A stretch of 64,000 nt of DNA from a virus. The stretch spans positions 44,412 to 108,411 of the IMG/VR virus record IMGVR_UViG_3300029448_008324. One strand, written 5' to 3'. Within the stretch, counting starts at the first letter, position 1. Every line of letters starts with the position of its first letter. Below the pieces are notes generated by a model. That model saw only the letters and a list, made by a program, of their open reading frames with translations. It was not told the DNA's origin and made no database searches. The position numbers were made by a program, and so were the translations under genes. Shown here one piece after another: positions 10,195-18,948 of the stretch.

Positions 10195-10335
10195 ATGCAA
10201 TATCTTAAAAACTTACTGAACGCACTTAGACCACAATCCAAACAAGAATGGATTGAAGAATACCTATCAAAGTCTGTGGATAGATATGATCTTGAAGCAC
10301 GACAACTTGAACTGACCAGAAAAGGCATTTACTAG
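10195..10335 (+). CDS. DUF3563-like small protein, 46 aa
   Basis: EEYLSKSVDRYDLEARQLEL matches the YL..S.D..DLE.R pattern. Confidence 0.6.
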   Translation: MQYLKNLLNALRPQSKQEWIEEYLSKSVDRYDLEARQLELTRKGIY

Positions 10336-10336
10336 T

Positions 10337-10516
10337 ATGATCAATCATAGACTAGAAGAATGGGCAACGAAGTTTAGAGCGTCCAAACTCTATCTTCGTG
10401 CTCTAAGCCGCAAAAAACAAGAAAAAAAACCCCATTACACCACACATCAACATGCACATACTATAAACAAAAAAGTTTTAGAAGCATCGAGATTCACCCA
10501 ATATACTTCATTTTAG
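10337..10516 (+). CDS. Small basic protein, 59 aa
   Basis: Fills the gap exactly between neighbouring stop and start. Confidence 0.5.
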   Translation: MINHRLEEWATKFRASKLYLRALSRKKQEKKPHYTTHQHAHTINKKVLEASRFTQYTSF

Positions 10517-10714
10517 ATGCCTACCACAACAGGAGATTACATCATGTTGTTTTTCATGATCTTAGCTGCCCTGATGGTAATTGTAGGCGTGATATTAATG
10601 GCAGTCAACAATCAATACAATAAAAAATATTCAAACCAACTTATGCAAGCAAGAGTTATGTTTCAAGGAATAGCACTTGCAGTGTTATTTGTGGTGGTTT
10701 GGTTATCCACATAA
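10517..10714 (+). CDS. HIG1-domain twin-transmembrane small protein
   Basis: Two TM helices with SNQLMQARVMFQ. Confidence 0.8.
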   Translation: MPTTTGDYIMLFFMILAALMVIVGVILMAVNNQYNKKYSNQLMQARVMFQGIALAVLFVVVWLST

Positions 10715-10728
10715 TTCTAATCATTTCA

Positions 10729-10757
10729 TTGCAATAAGCGGACAGATTTGCTAAAAT
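10729..10757 (+). promoter_or_regulatory. Sigma70-type promoter of the permease
   Basis: TTGCAA-17-TAAAAT; SD GAGGAG before ATG 10790. Confidence 0.65.
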
Positions 10758-10789
10758 ATTGTATCCAATAATTAGAGGAGATAACAAAT

Positions 10790-12085
10790 ATGTTAGAAAA
10801 ACTGTTTGGCCTATCAAAGGCCGGCACTTCTGTGAAAACGGAAATCATGGCTGGTGTGGCCACATTCTTAACAATGGCATACATCACTGTGGTTAACCCG
10901 GCTATACTTTCAACAGAAGGTACCGGCATGGCATTTGGAGCTGTGTTTACAGCAACAATCATTGCCGCTGTGATAGGTACATTAATCATGGGACTGTGGG
11001 CCAAGTGGCCTGTGGCTCTCGCACCCGGCATGGGACTCAATGCATTTTTTACATTTGGTGTAATTTTTGGCATGGGGTACACATACAGTCAGGCGTTGGC
11101 AGCTGTGTTTGTGGCAGGACTTGTGTTCTTGTTACTTTCAGTGACGCCAGCAAGACGTTATATTATTAATTCAATTCCGCGTTCAATGAAACTTGGCATT
11201 GGTGCAGGAATTGGTTTGTTCCTTGCAATCATCGGCTTTAAGAATGCCGGCATTGTAGTAGACAATCCAGCCACCCTTGTAGGTTTAGGTGATATTTCAT
11301 CATGGCCTGTATTGTTGGCAGGTCTTGGATTTGCAATAATGGCAATCCTTGACAAACGCAAAATACCTGGTGCAATCATCATTGGTATCCTAGCAACAAG
11401 TATTATTGCTTGGGTGTTTGGTGTTGCAGATATATCTGGAGTGGTAGGAGCAATCCCGTCACCAACACATGCTTTCTCACTTGACTTTTCATTGTTAGCA
11501 ACAGCAGGCTTCATAGGCACTGCATTTGCATTCTTGTTTGTTGACTTTTTTGACACAGCAGGGACATTAACTTCTGTGGCAAATCTCACAGGCAAAGTTA
11601 ATAAAAAAACAGGAGAAGTTGAAGGCATAGACAAGGCATTACTGGCTGATTCAACTGCGACAACTGTTGGTGCATTGATGGGAACATCAAACACAACATC
11701 ATATATTGAATCAGGTGCAGGTATTAAAGAAGGCGGAAAAACAGGACTGACTGCGGTAACAGTGGCAGTGCTGTTCTTAGCATGTCTTATTTTTGCTCCA
11801 TTGGCACAAAGCATACCTGCTTTTGCTACTGGTCCTGCTTTGGTGTTTATTGCCACATACTTCCTTAGAAATCTCAAAGATATCGACTGGGAAGATGTAT
11901 CAGAATATGCTCCGGCGGTGTTGGCGGCAATCATCATGCCATTAACATTTTCCATTGCATATGGTATTGCACTTGGTTTTATTGCTTATGTGTTGATCAA
12001 AGCACTGAGTGGTAGAACATCAGATCTAAACGGTGGCTCATTGGCCATTGCGGCGGTAAGTGTTTTATACTTTGTAGCGGTATAA
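10790..12085 (+). CDS. NCS2/AzgA-family purine (guanine/hypoxanthine/adenine) permease
   Basis: TFLTMAYI..VNP.ILS, APGMGLNAFF, DFFDTAGT, TSYIESGAG..GGKTGLT; polytopic membrane protein. Confidence 0.93.
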   Translation: MLEKLFGLSKAGTSVKTEIMAGVATFLTMAYITVVNPAILSTEGTGMAFGAVFTATIIAAVIGTLIMGLWAKWPVALAPGMGLNAFFTFGVIFGMGYTYSQALAAVFVAGLVFLLLSVTPARRYIINSIPRSMKLGIGAGIGLFLAIIGFKNAGIVVDNPATLVGLGDISSWPVLLAGLGFAIMAILDKRKIPGAIIIGILATSIIAWVFGVADISGVVGAIPSPTHAFSLDFSLLATAGFIGTAFAFLFVDFFDTAGTLTSVANLTGKVNKKTGEVEGIDKALLADSTATTVGALMGTSNTTSYIESGAGIKEGGKTGLTAVTVAVLFLACLIFAPLAQSIPAFATGPALVFIATYFLRNLKDIDWEDVSEYAPAVLAAIIMPLTFSIAYGIALGFIAYVLIKALSGRTSDLNGGSLAIAAVSVLYFVAV

Positions 12086-12097
12086 TTTTACTTTGAT

Positions 12098-12117
12098 GGG
12101 GGTGTGTTTGCACCCCC
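12098..12117 (+). terminator. Hairpin GGGGGTGT-GTTT-GCACCCCC
   Basis: GC-rich stem after the permease stop, immediately followed by TAAATA (12119-12124). Confidence 0.65.
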
Positions 12118-12130
12118 TTAAATACCCTTT

Positions 12131-13033
12131 ATGCTCAATCCTACATCATGGCACATAGAACCAACATCAAGATGCACACTTGAATGTCCTGGTTGCGATC
12201 GAACATGGTATAGGAACACATTTGGCAAACAGATCATCCAAGATATTGATGTTGCGGCATTAACCAATTTTTTCTCTGTGAATAACTTTTTAGGTTCACA
12301 AATTAGATTGTGTGGCAACAACGGGGATCCCATCTATCATCCAAAATTTATCAGTTTGCTTGAGTCACTCAAATCACAAAATCACAGTGTGAGAATACAC
12401 ACAAACGCCTCAGCAAAAACTGATCGATTTTGGCAACAAGTTTGTGATTGTTTAGACCACAAAGATCAAATTGTTTTTGCAATTGATGGACTTCAAGATA
12501 CCAATCACTTGTATAGAAAAAATTCAAACTGGCAACAAATCATGATGGCAGTCAACACTGTGGTGGGATGTGGCATTAACACAGAATGGCAATTTATTGT
12601 GTTCAAACAAAATCAACATCAAATCCAACAAGCACAAACATTATCTAAACAGTTGGGTATCAACAATTTTAGAGTGCATAAATCTCATCGATGGATTGAC
12701 GACAGTCTTGATCAATATATGCCTGACAAAGAATACGTTGAAGAAATATATTTTGATCATCAGGAGATAGTTGATGGTGTTGTGTCCAAAGGCACCATGG
12801 AACCCATGTGTGGTATGAATAGAGAAACATTCATTGATTCTAATGGTAATATTTTTCCATGCTGTTGGACAGCAACATATCGATTTCAATACAAACATGC
12901 CTTTGGAAAACAGCCAATCAACATTGCAATGGGCAAATACCAACTGCCTGAGGCACACTCAGATTATATTGAAAGCACTAAAACGTGGCAAACAGCACAA
13001 TTAGTATGTAGGTTGCATTGTGCAAAAAATTAA
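12131..13033 (+). CDS. Radical SAM protein with SPASM/twitch-like C-terminus
   Basis: CTLECPGC; GNNGDP; C-terminal C..GNIFPCC..CRLHC. Confidence 0.88.
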   Translation: MLNPTSWHIEPTSRCTLECPGCDRTWYRNTFGKQIIQDIDVAALTNFFSVNNFLGSQIRLCGNNGDPIYHPKFISLLESLKSQNHSVRIHTNASAKTDRFWQQVCDCLDHKDQIVFAIDGLQDTNHLYRKNSNWQQIMMAVNTVVGCGINTEWQFIVFKQNQHQIQQAQTLSKQLGINNFRVHKSHRWIDDSLDQYMPDKEYVEEIYFDHQEIVDGVVSKGTMEPMCGMNRETFIDSNGNIFPCCWTATYRFQYKHAFGKQPINIAMGKYQLPEAHSDYIESTKTWQTAQLVCRLHCAKN

Positions 13034-13048
13034 TATATATTATCAATA

Positions 13049-13120
13049 ATGAATACTAATACTAAAGATACAAAAGAAAAACCAATAATTATTATTGAAG
13101 ATGATGGTTATTGTGACTAA
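13049..13120 (+). CDS. Putative 23-aa peptide MNTNTKDTKEKPIIIIEDDGYCD
   Basis: Fills the gap between rSAM and tRNA-Thr; TTGCAT-17-TATATT upstream. Confidence 0.4.
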   Translation: MNTNTKDTKEKPIIIIEDDGYCD

Positions 13121-13122
13121 AT

Positions 13123-13198
<76 letters not shown>

Positions 13199-13200
13199 TT

Positions 13201-13276
13201 GGGGGATTAGCTCAGTTGGGAGAGCGCCTCGTTTGCAACGAGGAGGTCGCAGGTTCGACCCCTGTATCCTCCACCA
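13201..13276 (+). tRNA. tRNA-Ala(TGC)
   Basis: Loop TTTGCAA, G3:U70 pair, encoded CCA. Confidence 0.95.
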
Positions 13277-13288
13277 AAAGGAGATAAA

Positions 13289-13498
13289 ATGGAAAAAACT
13301 ATAATTAATGCCTTAAAAAAACATGCTGAAGGTCAAATTGCCAAGCACAGAGTCAACGTAGAAATCTACATGCAAAATGCTGTTGGTGTAGGAGAACACA
13401 CTGACATATTAGAAAGCATAGAGAAGGAACTTAATTCAATAGGTAAGTATGAAGAACAAATTGAGGTTTTGAAAAAACACTTTTCTAATGAAGATTAA
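13289..13498 (+). CDS. Small hypothetical phage protein (AVGVGEHTDI)
   Basis: SD AAGGAG; helical 69 aa. Confidence 0.7.
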   Translation: MEKTIINALKKHAEGQIAKHRVNVEIYMQNAVGVGEHTDILESIEKELNSIGKYEEQIEVLKKHFSNED

Positions 13499-13802
13499 AG
13501 TCATAGACAGAAGTGGCAACGGTTCTGAAATCCCCGCTGAAGTTGGAATGTCTATCGAATCTGCAATCACACAGGCAGGCGTAGAAGACAGTTTCGGCAT
13601 ATGCGGGGGTGCTTGTGCTTGTGCATCTTGTCAAGTGTATGTTGCCAAAGAAGACTATGACAAATTGACAGCACCAGATGAAGGAGAAACTGCTGTGTTG
13701 GAAGACATGGCATATGAACTGCAACCAACATCAAGACTCAGTTGTCAAATGGAAGTGACTCCAAATATGGAAGGCATGACTTTTACCATTGCTCCATATT
13801 AA
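13488..13802 (+). CDS. fdx: 2Fe-2S ferredoxin (adrenodoxin/ISC-type)
   Basis: CGGACACASC and SRLSCQ. Confidence 0.92.
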   Translation: MKIKVIDRSGNGSEIPAEVGMSIESAITQAGVEDSFGICGGACACASCQVYVAKEDYDKLTAPDEGETAVLEDMAYELQPTSRLSCQMEVTPNMEGMTFTIAPY

Positions 13803-13804
13803 GC

Positions 13805-14920
13805 ATGTTTTTTTCTTTATCACAAAAACAAGAGCATAATTTTCCTTTTCATTATGAATTGCCTAACGGTCTTGTGCTGAGCACAGATGACGGCTGGCGT
13901 GTATTCAACATCAAAAATTTTAAAATAATATTCAAAGGCTATGCCAACAATTTACCTTGTCATAAACTAGTAGAGCAATTGCTGGATAATACCCAACCGC
14001 ATGCAAAAGGTAATTTTTGTGCATTTATTTCAGACTCCAACAGCACAAGATTGTTGCATGACACAGACAGAAGTTTTCCATTATGGGTCAATCAAAATAC
14101 AATAACAAATCTACAACATTTAGATGAACAGATATGGGCCGACTGTGTGTTGACTGTAGACAACCATTTTAAAATTACAAAAGATCATTATAATTGTTAT
14201 GCCAAAAATACTAACAACTTTTCAGATGACAAAATAGTGGATCAAATACATCATACTATTCTTGAAACATACGAACAGTTTTTAACACACAATACTAAAC
14301 CATTAAAAATATTTTTAACTGGCGGGTTGGACACCATAACCAGTTGGGCATATCTTGATCACTTTACAAAAAACTATGAGATTGTTGATTATGAATATAT
14401 GAAGTATACAGATTTTTATAAAAAAAATTCAACATTAGTAAGAAAACATTGGGGCTATCTACAAATACATCTGTGGGATCAAGATTGTGTGTTAGTGTCT
14501 GGCGCTAATGGCGATGAAAATTTTTTAAGAGGCCCTTACACACTCGCAATGATGTTGAAAAAACATGGCATCGAATTTAAAGACATATTACAAAAAGATG
14601 ACTATCATTACACTTACTTGATCAAAAAAGATATCAGCAACAATGTAAACGATTGGTATGCACAGACTAATGATGTAGTAGATTGGATTTTAAATAGGAA
14701 TATTAATGATCATCAACATTGGCATCTTGATAATACTATTACATTCACTCCATTCAAAGACATCAGTATACTTGCGTCCGTTTTAACCTTGGGCAAGGAT
14801 ATGTTAATCAAACAAGCTAGACGTGGTGAAGTTAATAGGCAACTGATTACAAAATTAGATGCCAACAAATTGGTGAAAATTAGTAAACAAAAGAACTATA
14901 ATCCTATGGAGCATGTATGA
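13805..14920 (+). CDS. Divergent asparagine-synthetase-like (PP-loop) protein
   Basis: IFLTGGLDT and SGANGDE; lacks N-terminal Cys; start moved to ATG 13805. Confidence 0.6.
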   Translation: MFFSLSQKQEHNFPFHYELPNGLVLSTDDGWRVFNIKNFKIIFKGYANNLPCHKLVEQLLDNTQPHAKGNFCAFISDSNSTRLLHDTDRSFPLWVNQNTITNLQHLDEQIWADCVLTVDNHFKITKDHYNCYAKNTNNFSDDKIVDQIHHTILETYEQFLTHNTKPLKIFLTGGLDTITSWAYLDHFTKNYEIVDYEYMKYTDFYKKNSTLVRKHWGYLQIHLWDQDCVLVSGANGDENFLRGPYTLAMMLKKHGIEFKDILQKDDYHYTYLIKKDISNNVNDWYAQTNDVVDWILNRNINDHQHWHLDNTITFTPFKDISILASVLTLGKDMLIKQARRGEVNRQLITKLDANKLVKISKQKNYNPMEHV

Positions 14921-16032
14921 AGTGTAAATTTTTAGAACATGGTGTTGTGCTCCAATATGAAAAATCAGTTAAGCCTTGTTGTGTATGGAAGACCGATGAT
15001 TGGCATCATCCTATAGCAAACACTGACTTAACCAAATGGTTTGATTTGCCACAACTAGAGCAAGCAAGAAATAAACTAGCACAAGGCATTTGGCCAAAAA
15101 ATTGTTCTAAATGCGAACGACAAGAATCATCAGGCAGAGGCGACAGCATGAGGTTAAATGGTAAAAGTGCATATGGTGATTATAGCAATGATGAAATTAC
15201 ACTAGAAATAAGACCAGGTAATACTTGTAATTTTTCCTGTCAAAGTTGTTGGCCTGAAGCAAGTAGTCGTGTGGCAAGTCATCATCGACAAGCATTTGGG
15301 ATTGGAAATGTTGTTAGTGAACGTTATACTGATTACAGCATTTTAGACTCTGTTGCTCATCGCATCCGAGACATTGTGGTGTTGGGCGGTGAACCGTTTT
15401 ATGACAAAAGTTGTTTGAAGTTTTTTGAATGGCTACAAGAAAAAAATTTAGACGCAGGTTTACTAGTTTTTACAAATGCAAGTATGATCGACTTTGACTT
15501 TGTCGAATCATATCAAGGAAAACTGACCATGCATGTAAGTTTGGATGCATTTGGGCGAGTGGCTGAATACGTCAGACAAGGCACAGAATGGGACACTGTA
15601 AAAAGAAATTATGACAGATTAATGGACACACCCAACGTGGATGTTAGGGTAAACATCACAGCAAGTGTTTACAACTATCCTTTTATATCAGAACTTGTTG
15701 AATGGCTGGCACAGGATTGGCCTGGCATTGTAACTTTTGGCACAGCGTTCCAGCCATATCTACAAGAATCTGTTGTGCCCAAACACCTTGTAGAAAAAAT
15801 TGCCCAAGACCTTGAACGCACAACAAAAATCATATGGCAATCAAAGATTCCAGAGCATCAACAACACAATGCATCAAATGCCTTGCAAGACATTGCCAAC
15901 AAACTGCTGACCAAAGAGTTTGATGCCACACTGCATGACCAATTTGTCAATCATTGCACAAAGTTGGATGAGGTTAAGAATTTGTATGGTGAAGATTATG
16001 ATGAATATTTTGCACGGGTAAAAATAAAATGA
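14917..16032 (+). CDS. Radical SAM protein with N-terminal twitch-like Cys cluster
   Basis: VKPCC..CSKC; GNTCNFSCQSC; GGEPF. Confidence 0.88.
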   Translation: MKCKFLEHGVVLQYEKSVKPCCVWKTDDWHHPIANTDLTKWFDLPQLEQARNKLAQGIWPKNCSKCERQESSGRGDSMRLNGKSAYGDYSNDEITLEIRPGNTCNFSCQSCWPEASSRVASHHRQAFGIGNVVSERYTDYSILDSVAHRIRDIVVLGGEPFYDKSCLKFFEWLQEKNLDAGLLVFTNASMIDFDFVESYQGKLTMHVSLDAFGRVAEYVRQGTEWDTVKRNYDRLMDTPNVDVRVNITASVYNYPFISELVEWLAQDWPGIVTFGTAFQPYLQESVVPKHLVEKIAQDLERTTKIIWQSKIPEHQQHNASNALQDIANKLLTKEFDATLHDQFVNHCTKLDEVKNLYGEDYDEYFARVKIK

Positions 16033-16307
16033 ACGCAATAGCAAAATTTTGGAAGGAGTCTTACACTTCTAATCCATTGGCATTTTACATCGAGGCAGTA
16101 TCAGCTGTGTCTGTGATCATTGGATCAGCAATCCTAACATACACAGTGTTAGACCCAAGACCTGATATATTTGTGCCTTTTTACTTTGTGGGCAGTTCAA
16201 CAGGACTATGGGGTGCTGTGCTTAGAAAAACAGCATGGATTGTTGTATTGACTGCTTGGTTTACAACTATGAACACAATTGCACTGTATCAATTGTTTTT
16301 AACTTAG
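16029..16307 (+). CDS. Small membrane protein (about 3 TM)
   Basis: Hydrophobic 92 aa, coupled start. Confidence 0.7.
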   Translation: MNAIAKFWKESYTSNPLAFYIEAVSAVSVIIGSAILTYTVLDPRPDIFVPFYFVGSSTGLWGAVLRKTAWIVVLTAWFTTMNTIALYQLFLT

Positions 16308-16396
16308 GAGGGATGGCAGAGTGGTTGATTGCACTGGTCTTGAAAACCAGCATAGGCGCAAGTCTATCGAGAGTTCGAATCTCTCTCCCTCCGCCA
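16307..16396 (+). tRNA. tRNA-Ser(TGA)
   Basis: Loop CTTGAAA, long variable arm, G discriminator, encoded CCA. Confidence 0.95.
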
Positions 16397-16397
16397 C

Positions 16398-16661
16398 ATG
16401 ACCAGTCAGACTCCGCATACTGAAAAAGATTTTGATAGTCAATACAAATGGAAAATTTACATACCCACAACCAAAGGTTGGCCACAAGGCATGAGTAAAG
16501 CATTCAAGATTAAATCACAGTATGATGCATGGCTGTCAGAAAACAACATCAAAGGCATATCATTTTACAATATGCTATACTTGACACGTGACCAAGATGT
16601 TGTATACTTTAAGTTGAGTTGGCCTGGCGAACAAGAATACAATGTGGTGCAACTGAGATAG
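16398..16661 (+). CDS. Hypothetical protein
   Basis: 87-aa ORF starting 1 nt after the tRNA CCA. Confidence 0.6.
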   Translation: MTSQTPHTEKDFDSQYKWKIYIPTTKGWPQGMSKAFKIKSQYDAWLSENNIKGISFYNMLYLTRDQDVVYFKLSWPGEQEYNVVQLR

Positions 16662-16672
16662 TGTCTACTTTT

Positions 16673-16700
16673 ACGGGTTCGATTCCCGTAGGGGATGCCA
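16673..16700 (+). pseudogene. Orphan tRNA 3' half (Glu-like)
   Basis: ACGGG-TTCGATT-CCCGT T-arm + AGGGGAT-G-CCA; no 5' half upstream. Confidence 0.7.
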
Positions 16701-16721
16701 AATTTAATTTTAAATATCTTT

Positions 16722-17252
16722 GTGAAAATCCATACTGTTACTGATATATCGCAACTGGCAGATCACAACATTCATGTGTTTGATCCGTTGTTGTTCAAAG
16801 ATTCAAGAGGACAAATAACTGTGAGAGCTGAAGACACCATTTCTAAAGATTTTCCTTACAGCAATTACTTTTCTTACAAATTATCCACTTCAGAAGCTGG
16901 TGTAGCAAGGGGCTTACATTGGCAACGCACAACCACTCCAATCATCAAATACATAGATCTACGCAAAGGCAGTCTTTACACAGTGCTTGTTGATACACGT
17001 ACTGAAGAAGGAATAATTTTCAAATGGACCTCAGATATTGGCAAAATAATTAAAGTGTCTGAACATCATGCACATGGATTTTACTGCACACAAGATACAG
17101 AATTCAGTTATATCTGCAAGGGCAAATACGATCCTCAAGAAGAAACAACATTCAATGTATTTCCATCTATTTGCAGACAAATAAAATTGCCCGAACCATT
17201 GCTTTCACACAAAGATGCTGGTTATCCAGAAATTGAAGTTCAACTAAGATAG
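16722..17252 (+). CDS. rmlC: dTDP-4-dehydrorhamnose 3,5-epimerase-like (RmlC cupin)
   Basis: FKDSRG, ARGLHWQ, HAHGF, LSHKD; GTG 16722 lies 5 nt after TAAATA. Confidence 0.8.
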   Translation: MKIHTVTDISQLADHNIHVFDPLLFKDSRGQITVRAEDTISKDFPYSNYFSYKLSTSEAGVARGLHWQRTTTPIIKYIDLRKGSLYTVLVDTRTEEGIIFKWTSDIGKIIKVSEHHAHGFYCTQDTEFSYICKGKYDPQEETTFNVFPSICRQIKLPEPLLSHKDAGYPEIEVQLR

Positions 17253-18245
17253 ATACTTGCCGCAATAATGCACGCACTTAGGCATTGGTTTGTGTTTGAG
17301 ACTTTGAGGCAGTGTATCAACATAGAACTGGCTATTAAATATTTCCTCCACATTGTGATAGTTCAAATTGATTGATCTTGCACCTCCTTTTTTCAACAAA
17401 TGAAAAAGATTTTTAGTGTTAAAAGTGTTGTTCCACCAATCTTGACTAAGCATACAGCAAGGAATAATGTTGCCATCATAGTCCATGTATACTTCATTGT
17501 TTTCATGTTTTGGACACGTGATAGGAAGTTTTAATTTTTTTCCTTTGTCAGATATGTCCTGTGATAAATTTGTGTGATCGCTTTCAAGTTTTTCACCTGC
17601 TTGTTCCAACACCACAGTGGATGGTTTCAAATCAAACTTGTAGACACCTTTGTTATAAACCGGCCAAGAACTGCCATGATACCAACTGCGATCACTTTGC
17701 ACAGGCCAAAACTTTTCAAACCCCATCTGTTGCGACAGTGTTCTAACTTGATCAAGTTGATGCTGATTATGTTCAAACACAATAAATTTCCATGTGGCCC
17801 GTCCACCTGCAGAAATGAATGCTTGGGCATTTGCCATTATCTTATCGAAATTCGTGTTTTGTCTATACATGTGATTTGTGTCTTTTAATCCGTCTACACT
17901 GAAAACCATAGAGAAATTTTTAAGGCCTGCAAGTGATTCAAAAAATTTAGGATTCCTTACACTTGCATTGGTAAAAAAAGTTACATTTTCTACCCATTCA
18001 AATGATCGTGCAATTTCCAATGCATCTGGATGATTGAGCACGTCACCTGTGTCACCTTCAAATATCACTTCTTTGAGATTGGGCATTGTGTCTTGGTTAA
18101 TTTTTTTCATCACATCCAATGACAAATGTTTGGGTCTGACAATCACATTATTTTTTTCATCAAAACGATTGCATTGAGGACAACGAGCATTGCAAAAACT
18201 GGTCACTTCGATTGTAATAATTTCGATTGTTTTAGCATCATACAT
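17244..18245 (-). CDS. Radical SAM/SPASM-twitch protein, paralogue of 12131
   Basis: CNARCPQC; VDGLKDTNHMYR, WKFIVFEHNQHQ, GNIIPCC, CVHYC. Confidence 0.88.
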   Translation of the reverse strand: MYDAKTIEIITIEVTSFCNARCPQCNRFDEKNNVIVRPKHLSLDVMKKINQDTMPNLKEVIFEGDTGDVLNHPDALEIARSFEWVENVTFFTNASVRNPKFFESLAGLKNFSMVFSVDGLKDTNHMYRQNTNFDKIMANAQAFISAGGRATWKFIVFEHNQHQLDQVRTLSQQMGFEKFWPVQSDRSWYHGSSWPVYNKGVYKFDLKPSTVVLEQAGEKLESDHTNLSQDISDKGKKLKLPITCPKHENNEVYMDYDGNIIPCCMLSQDWWNNTFNTKNLFHLLKKGGARSINLNYHNVEEIFNSQFYVDTLPQSLKHKPMPKCVHYCGKYLS

Positions 18246-18261
18246 GTATTATAATTATAAA

Positions 18262-18336
18262 GCGGCGGTGCTGGAATGGTTAGACAGGCACAACTTAATT
18301 GTGATTTTGTGAGTTCGAGTCTCACCCACCGTACCA
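18262..18336 (+). tRNA. Aberrant tRNA-like gene (Leu-TAA derived; 5-nt anticodon loop, no long variable arm)
   Basis: Leu-type D-loop GGAATGGTTAGAC, CACAA-CTTAA-TTGTG, GTGAG-TTCGAGT-CTCAC, ACCA end. Confidence 0.7.
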
Positions 18337-18349
18337 TTAATCCTAGTTG

Positions 18350-18370
18350 GGGGGTGTACTAGGCGCCCCC
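18350..18370 (+). terminator. Hairpin GGGGGTGT-ACTAG-GCGCCCCC
   Basis: GC-rich stem with G:U pairs after the tRNA-like gene. Confidence 0.55.
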
Positions 18371-18384
18371 TGATAATTAGAAAG

Positions 18385-18948
18385 ATGACAGAACAAAAAT
18401 ATATTCTCACAGACATCGACGGAGTTTGCTTAGATTGGCAAAAACAATTTGAAAAATTTTTAGAATTTTACTACCCTGACAAAGATCCAACATCAGATCC
18501 AACAGCAAGACATGTCACATTAGAAAAAGAAATGGAAGAGTTTATAGTATCTGCTTGGCAAGGTTGGTGTGAACCATTGAGAGATGCTGTTGACATACTG
18601 ACAAAATTTAAAAAACAAGGCTATCAGGTGCATGGATGCACAGCAATGGGATTCGATCCATATGCAATTTCACTGAGAAAAATAAATCTTGAAAGACATT
18701 TCCCCAACGTGTTTGACAAATTAGACACCACGTTGGGAGGCCCAGGCCCACAGAAAGAAGCCTGGCTAGAACAGTATCGAGGCAAAGACTGTGTATGGGT
18801 TGAAGACAAATGGGAAAATGCACTGAGTGGTGCCAACATGGGCATTAAAACTTTTTTGATGAAACAACACTACAACGCACACAACAATGATGACAGAATA
18901 ACCAAGGTTGACAATTGGCAACAGATATATTATTATATTAACAAATGA
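18385..18948 (+). CDS. HAD-superfamily 5'-nucleotidase-like phosphatase
   Basis: LTDIDGV motif I; WVEDKWENA motif IV. Confidence 0.8.
   Translation: MTEQKYILTDIDGVCLDWQKQFEKFLEFYYPDKDPTSDPTARHVTLEKEMEEFIVSAWQGWCEPLRDAVDILTKFKKQGYQVHGCTAMGFDPYAISLRKINLERHFPNVFDKLDTTLGGPGPQKEAWLEQYRGKDCVWVEDKWENALSGANMGIKTFLMKQHYNAHNNDDRITKVDNWQQIYYYINK

Noticed and set aside
11158-11955. 265-aa minus-strand ORF
   Set aside because: Antisense shadow of the well-supported permease; no motifs or start signals.
16235-16503. ORFs overlapping tRNA-Ser
   Set aside because: Explained by the tRNA gene.
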